From positions 1 to 19,087 of the forward strand of contig JASLZZ010000124.1 of the NCBI GenBank assembly GCA_030754595.1: DNA of 19,087 bases, given 5' to 3'. The DNA is from Nitrospinota bacterium (GTDB taxonomy: Bacteria > UBA8248). Below are positions 14,231 through 19,087 of the stretch, piece by piece. Numbering within the stretch: position 1 is the stretch's first letter; every line of letters starts with the position of its first letter. The notes under the pieces are model-generated. The model was not told the origin of the DNA and did not search any database. It was given only the letters and a program-made list of their open reading frames with translations. A program made the position numbers and the translations under genes.

Positions 14231-17155
14231 TTACACGGCCTGTTGTTGTTCCAGGTAGGCTTTGAGATAGGCGCCGGTGTGGGAATTTTTCGATCGCGCC
14301 ACTTCCTTGGGCGTCCCCTCGGCGACGATGCGGCCGCCGCCCTCTCCCCCCTCGGGTCCCAGGTCGATAACCCAGTCCGCCGCGAGAATCATGTCCAGAT
14401 GGTGCTCGACCACGACCACCGTGTTCCCGAGGGCCACGAGGCGCAGAAGAACCTCAAGCAGGCGCTCGACATCCTGAAAGTGGAGGCCCGTCGTCGGCTC
14501 GTCCATGAGGTAGAGAACGTCGCGCGGCGGCTTGGAGAGCAGCTGGCCCGCGATCTTGAGCCGCTGGGCCTCGCCGCCCGAGAGGGTATTGACCGGCTGG
14601 CCGAGGCGCATATAGGACAAGCCCACCTCGCGGAGGGTGAGGAGCTTGTTCACGATTGAGGGAATATGGTCAAAAAAAAGAATCCCCTCGTCCACGGTCA
14701 GGCTCAACACCTCGTGGATGTTCATGCCCTTGTAGCGAACCTCGAGGATCTGTGGCTTGAAACGCTTTCCCTCGCACTCGGGGCAGCGAATAAAAATATC
14801 GGCCATGAAATGCATTTCGATTTTCTGGTGTCCGCTTCCGCTGCAGGCCTCGCACCGCCCGCCGGCCGAGTTGAAGGAGAAATGTCCGGGGCCGTAGCCG
14901 TAGGTCCGGGCGGTCTGGGTTTCGGCGAATTGGCGGCGGACGGGATCGTAGGCTTTGATGTAGGTGAGAGGGTTGCTCCTGGGGCTCTTCCCGATAGGAC
15001 TTTGATCGAGAAGGACGACCGACGAAATATTTTCAATGCCGTGGATATTACGGAAGCGGCCGATCGGATCTTTCGCCTCGTGAAGGAGGCGGGCGAGCGC
15101 GGGATAGAGGGTGTCGTGAATCAAGGTGCTCTTCCCGGAGCCCGACACCCCCGTCACGGCGACGAGTTTACCGAGCGGAACATGGAGGTCCACTTTTTTC
15201 AGGTTGTTCTCGCTGGCGCCGATGAGGGAAACTCGCCGGCCATCCTGATCCACCCGATCCCTCGGGCGGCGGGGCAGTATCCGCCGGGCGTTCGCCAGAT
15301 ATTTCGCCGTCACCGAATCCTCGCAGCCGGCAAGGTCCTCGTAGGGCCCCGAAAAAACGACCTCGCCGCCGCACTCGCCGGCGCCGGGCCCGAGATCGAC
15401 CACGTAATCCGACTCGGTGATCATGTCCCGATCGTGTTCGACGAGCAGAAGGGTGTTTCCGCGATCGACCAGCCCCTTGAGGATTTCGATTAGCTTGGTG
15501 TTGTCCCTCGGGTGAAGCCCGATAGTGGGCTCGTCGAGAATATAGAGGGTCCCAGTCAGGTGGGCGCCGAGCTGACTGGCCAGATTGATCCTTTGGTGCT
15601 CCCCGCCGCTGAGGGTGCGCGTTTCGCGGTCCAAGGTGAGATAGTCCAGCCCGACGTGGTGAAGAAAATCCAGCCGCTCCCTGACCTGGGCCAGAATATC
15701 CTCCCCCCGGGCTTTTTGCTCCGGGCTCAGTTTCACATCGCGGATAAACTTCCGTAGCTCACCGACCGGCATCGCGCAAAATTCGCCGATGTTCTTTTTC
15801 GCCACCCGGACCCACAGGGCTTCCGGCCGCAGGCGGGTACCGCCACAAACGGGGCAGGTCCGGAGGCTCTGGTATCTGCGGATAAACACACGCACCCACA
15901 CCTTATATTTTTTTCGGCGAAGGCGCTCGAAAAACGGATAAACGCCGAGCAGGTTTTTTGAGCCCTCGAGCACCATCTTTTTTTGTTTCTTGGGGAGGTT
16001 GCTCCAGGGCCGGTGGATTTCGAGGCCCTCCTCCTCGGCGGCGGCGATAAGCTGCTGGCCGAAATTGCGCCGGTAGCGTGGCCGCGTCCAGGGCTCGATC
16101 GCACCCTGGGCGAGGGTGCGTTTCGGATCACGAATGATGAGGGATTCGTCGAAGTTCAGGGTGTTCCCGAACCCCCCGCACTCGACGCAGGCACCATGAG
16201 GGTTGTTGAAACTGAAGCTCGGGGGTATGGGCGTCTCAAAGGTCCTTCCGCAGCACTCGAGGCGCTGACTGAAGAAAAGCATCGGGCCGTCCACCACCTG
16301 TACATAGGCGTGACCCTCGCCCTCCCTGAAGGCGATCTCGAGGGATTCGCCAAGCCGGGCGAGCGACTTCTCGGCGAACGAGAGCCTGTCCACAACGATA
16401 TATACCGGGATGGACAAAGCGCCGTTTCCGTTTTCTTCGTTTTCCGCTGACTTCCTTGTTTTTTTCTTTGGGGACTTCGGTGCGGTTTTTTTCTTGGCGC
16501 GAGTTTTTTTCTTAGCCGCTGGGGCCGGTTTCGAAACCGAATTTGAAACCGGAGCCGGATCGGCCAATTCCCTTATTCGGTCGGCGAGATCGGGACCAAT
16601 TTTCGCCACTTCCCCGGCCACCATGGCGCGGATAAAACCCTGGGCGACCAAGGCGGAGAATCGATCCTCCAGGTCCTCCCGAAACACGCCGGGGAGTCGG
16701 TAGAGCACGAATCCCCTCTCGTCCGTGTGCTCTTCGAGGACGCACGCGGCGGCGCTGTCCACCGTAGAGGGGCGGACCGGTTTTCCGCAGTCTGGACAGT
16801 GGATATCCCCCGCCTTCGCGAACAGGAGGCGGATATAGTCGTAAATCTCCGAAGCCGTCCCCACGGTGGAGCGCGAATGCTTGACGGGGTTGTACTGCTC
16901 GATGGCGATGGCGGGACTGATTCCCTCGATCGAATCGACATCGGGCTTGTCCACACGCTCGAGGAATTGTCGGGCGTAGGTCGAAAGAGACTCGACGTAA
17001 CGGCGGTGGCCCTCCGCATAAATAATGTCGAAAGCGAGGGAGGATTTTCCCGACCCGCTCGGGCCGGTCACCACGATAAACTGCTCGCGCGGGAGGCGGA
17101 GGGTAATGTTCTTGAGGTTATGCTCCCGGGCGCCCTCGATTACAATATCTTCCAT
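14231..17155 (-). CDS. uvrA: Excinuclease ABC subunit A
   Basis: GAREHNLKN, two Walker A motifs ([18 protein letters not shown]), LSGGE signatures, LDEPT/MDEPT and zinc-binding CxxC motifs; 974 aa. Confidence 0.96.
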   Translation of the reverse strand: MEDIVIEGAREHNLKNITLRLPREQFIVVTGPSGSGKSSLAFDIIYAEGHRRYVESLSTYARQFLERVDKPDVDSIEGISPAIAIEQYNPVKHSRSTVGTASEIYDYIRLLFAKAGDIHCPDCGKPVRPSTVDSAAACVLEEHTDERGFVLYRLPGVFREDLEDRFSALVAQGFIRAMVAGEVAKIGPDLADRIRELADPAPVSNSVSKPAPAAKKKTRAKKKTAPKSPKKKTRKSAENEENGNGALSIPVYIVVDRLSFAEKSLARLGESLEIAFREGEGHAYVQVVDGPMLFFSQRLECCGRTFETPIPPSFSFNNPHGACVECGGFGNTLNFDESLIIRDPKRTLAQGAIEPWTRPRYRRNFGQQLIAAAEEEGLEIHRPWSNLPKKQKKMVLEGSKNLLGVYPFFERLRRKKYKVWVRVFIRRYQSLRTCPVCGGTRLRPEALWVRVAKKNIGEFCAMPVGELRKFIRDVKLSPEQKARGEDILAQVRERLDFLHHVGLDYLTLDRETRTLSGGEHQRINLASQLGAHLTGTLYILDEPTIGLHPRDNTKLIEILKGLVDRGNTLLLVEHDRDMITESDYVVDLGPGAGECGGEVVFSGPYEDLAGCEDSVTAKYLANARRILPRRPRDRVDQDGRRVSLIGASENNLKKVDLHVPLGKLVAVTGVSGSGKSTLIHDTLYPALARLLHEAKDPIGRFRNIHGIENISSVVLLDQSPIGKSPRSNPLTYIKAYDPVRRQFAETQTARTYGYGPGHFSFNSAGGRCEACSGSGHQKIEMHFMADIFIRCPECEGKRFKPQILEVRYKGMNIHEVLSLTVDEGILFFDHIPSIVNKLLTLREVGLSYMRLGQPVNTLSGGEAQRLKIAGQLLSKPPRDVLYLMDEPTTGLHFQDVERLLEVLLRLVALGNTVVVVEHHLDMILAADWVIDLGPEGGEGGGRIVAEGTPKEVARSKNSHTGAYLKAYLEQQQAV

Positions 17156-17212
17156 CCTTGAATATCCCGTATGATCGGTAAAGTTTTAAAAGGCGGGCGG
17201 GCCAACCTTACG

Positions 17213-17242
17213 AGTATGGTGGGCGAGGTTCTCCAGTGTCAA
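17213..17242 (-). promoter_or_regulatory. Sigma70-like uvrA promoter
   Basis: TTGACA (17242-17237)-N18-CATACT (17218-17213) on the minus strand. Confidence 0.6.
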
Positions 17243-17253
17243 CGCCGGAGGTT

Positions 17254-17262
17254 TGGTATATT
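17254..17262 (+). promoter_or_regulatory. Extended -10 (TGgTATATT) for the divergent lipoprotein gene
   Basis: TG-G-TATATT about 30 nt upstream of ATG 17293. Confidence 0.45.
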
Positions 17263-17292
17263 CATAGAGCCCGGAGCAAAGGAATCTTTCCG

Positions 17293-17836
17293 ATGGAAAA
17301 ACGGTTCTGGACCTCCATCACCCTGTTAATCACCGCCGCCCTGGCGGCGGGGTGCGCCTCCCGGTTCGAGCGAGTCGGCTCGGCCCGGCGGCGGCACTGT
17401 CAGAATCATCAGCAAGCCGAAAAACATCGTCTTTCCCGCGGCGGTCCGGGTGATGCACGAAAGCGGCGAAGAGGTGTGGGAGGCGAATAAAACCACGGGG
17501 GAAATCGTCTCCCTCACCACCTTCGGCAAGCGGGCGATTTTTATTATGTCCCTTTCGGAGGGAAGAACCCGGATCGAAATTTTATCGGGTCTTTCCGGCA
17601 TCCCGATTCCGGGAATTTCAGATCCCGATGGAAATTTCTTCGCGTTGCTGAAAGAGCAGATTGTCATCTACGAGAAAAAGGCGGTGCTTAAAGAAGCCCT
17701 GAAGAAAAAAAGAGAAGTGGACGCCGACCTGAGGACAAAATTCAATACTGAGACCGAGAAAAAAGAGCCCGCGGCGCCCGAACCCGCCGCCCCACCGCCT
17801 TCCCCGAGCCGATTCAACAGGCTGAGAAGAAGATAA
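17293..17836 (+). pseudogene. Frameshifted lipoprotein of unknown function (or sequencing error)
   Basis: MEKRFWTSITLLITAALAAGC is a lipoprotein signal with a LAAG-C lipobox. Deleting one C in TCCCGG (17359-17364) joins it to the 17450-17836 ORF as CASGSSESARPGGGTVRIISKPKNIVFPAAVRVMHES..., 180 aa in total. Confidence 0.72.
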
Positions 17837-17866
17837 TATTAGGCCTTTGAGAAAACTCCGGAGGAA

Positions 17867-18652
17867 TCAGATTCCCTTAAGCCGGCCGCCGTCCACCAAA
17901 AAATATCCCCCGGTGATGTAGCTGGCCTCCGGCGATGCCAGAAAACCCACCATGGCGCCGAATTCATCGGGCTCCCCCAACCTGCCCAGGGGAACTTGTT
18001 TCGTCACCCTATCGATGGCCTCGTCGAAGGAGATGTTTCTTCTCTCCGCATCGGCCGTCCGATTTTGCCTCACACGATCGGTGAGAACCGCTCCCGGAGC
18101 CACAACATTGACCAGGATGCCTTCGCCGGCCAGTTCCTTGGAAAGAGATTTCGATAGTCCGGCCACCGCCGGACGCATGACGTTCGACAAAAGGAGATTA
18201 TCAATGGGCTCCTTCACGGAGGAGGAGAGTATAAAAAGAATCCGTCCGTCACCCCGGCCTTTCATGTGAGGCAACACCGCGCCGACGAGGCGGATCGCGC
18301 TCATCACGCTCAACTCGAAAGCGCTTTGCCAGTCGGCTTCGGAAAAATCCTTAAACTCGCCCTGCGGCGGGCCGCCCGCATTCGAGACCAGCACATCGAC
18401 CCCGCCGAACCGGGCGGCGGCGCCTTCCACGAAATCCTTGACGCCATTCGCCTGGCTGACATCGGCCGCGCAATGCCAGGTTTCGACTCCCGCTTCCTCG
18501 GCGATTTCCTTCGCGGCGGCGGCGGCCTCCTCTCCGTTGCGGGAGCACAACGCCACCTTCGCCCCGCGGCGTGCGATCGCCAACGCCGAAGCGCGGCCGA
18601 GACCCTTGCTGGCGGCCGAGACCAAGGCCACCTTTCCTTCCATATTTCTCAT
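17867..18652 (-). CDS. Atypical short-chain dehydrogenase/reductase (FabG/BKR-like)
   Basis: VALVSAASKGLG, DVLVSNAGGPP, SNVMR in place of YxxxK, VPLGRLGEPDE and ITG...LVDGG. Confidence 0.9.
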   Translation of the reverse strand: MRNMEGKVALVSAASKGLGRASALAIARRGAKVALCSRNGEEAAAAAKEIAEEAGVETWHCAADVSQANGVKDFVEGAAARFGGVDVLVSNAGGPPQGEFKDFSEADWQSAFELSVMSAIRLVGAVLPHMKGRGDGRILFILSSSVKEPIDNLLLSNVMRPAVAGLSKSLSKELAGEGILVNVVAPGAVLTDRVRQNRTADAERRNISFDEAIDRVTKQVPLGRLGEPDEFGAMVGFLASPEASYITGGYFLVDGGRLKGI

Positions 18653-18667
18653 TAAAGCTCTCCGGAG

Positions 18668-18950
18668 CTAGGAATCGTCCTCGTCGACAATCTGAACGAA
18701 GTAACGCATCACATCGGTTTCGGTAATGAGCCCCAGGAGTCCTTTCTCCTCGCCAACCACGGGAAGGCAGCCAATCTTCAATTCGAGCATTCGCTTGGCG
18801 GCATGAGCAGTGGGCTCGTTCGGATCGGCAAACTTGACATCGTGTGTCAACACCTTTTCGACGTCGGTCGCCTCGAGTAATTCCTTTCGAGCCTCCTCGG
18901 AGAAATCGATCACCGACGACAGCTTCGCCCGAAGGAGGTCGAACTGACTA
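18668..18950 (-). pseudogene. 3' half of a CBS-pair (AcuB-like) gene interrupted by an IS
   Basis: SQFDLLRA is the end of a first CBS domain. VLTHDV...A..ML..KIGCLPVV...LLGLITETD is a complete second CBS. Homology stops abruptly at CTAG 18948-18951, where the IS begins. Confidence 0.78.
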
Positions 18951-18958
18951 GAAGTCAT

Positions 18959-18987
18959 TTCATAACTTCAAAATGACTTGGTATGCT
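18959..18987 (+). promoter_or_regulatory. Transposase promoter within the IS left end
   Basis: TTCATA-N17-TATGCT with an extended TG; overlaps a 9-bp inverted repeat. Confidence 0.55.
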
Positions 18988-19015
18988 GTGGTTCTCCGCC
19001 GGGAGGAGTGCAGCC

Positions 19016-19087
19016 ATGGCATGGCGTGGCCTCACCGATCGGCAGTGGAAGCTGATCCAGCCCCATCTCCCGCCCCGGAAGATTAAT
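19016..19087 (+). CDS. IS5-family transposase N-terminus (partial)
   Basis: MAWRGLTDRQWKLIQPHLPPRKIN matches the LTDxQWxxIxPxLP start of IS5-family (DUF4096-type) transposases; GGAGGAG RBS. Confidence 0.85.
   Translation, partial: MAWRGLTDRQWKLIQPHLPPRKIN

Larger units (their letters stand above)
18951..19087 (+). mobile_element. Left end of an IS5-family insertion sequence (truncated by the window edge)
   Basis: CTAG/TA target-like junction, an AT-rich end GAAGTCATTTCATAAC, an internal promoter, and a transposase start 65 nt inside. The boundary is uncertain by a few nt. Confidence 0.78.

Noticed and set aside
8302..16450. Long antisense or off-frame ORFs (8302-9315, 9590-10357, 11394-12467, 13952-14659, 14666-15493, 15983-16450)
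   Set aside because: All overlap well-supported genes and show no independent motifs.
1..19087. CRISPR array, tRNA/rRNA, prophage or anti-phage defence island
   Set aside because: I saw no regularly spaced repeats, cloverleaf or rRNA-like sequence, or phage/defence hallmark genes. The MBL and DUF151 genes lack defence-type neighbours.

Overview
GC-rich bacterial chromosomal window, mostly housekeeping and accessory genes. In order: the start of a minus-strand gene cut by the left edge, a VOC/glyoxalase gene and a DedA gene. Next is a minus-strand operon (signal peptide-DUF151 bifunctional nuclease-PDZ protein, LMW phosphatase, pncA, thrB), then an HDOD-domain remnant missing from the ORF track. 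These are followed by an RNase Z-like metallo-beta-lactamase, an IsdG-like ABM monooxygenase, a cupin and a diheme cytochrome c. A probable rlmD-lexA-dinB operon has a LexA-box-like direct repeat in its promoter and converges on a uvrA-alpha/beta-hydrolase-OsmC-EamA operon. The window ends with a frameshifted lipoprotein gene, an atypical SDR, and a CBS-domain gene cut by an IS5-family element whose transposase runs off the right edge. I found no rRNA, tRNA or CRISPR array. The best leads are the apparently exported DUF151-PDZ protein, an RNA methyltransferase heading a putative SOS operon, a Lys-rich insertion in UvrA, and three broken genes. I cannot claim a clearly new multi-gene system. 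All calls come from motif recognition by eye; no searches were run.
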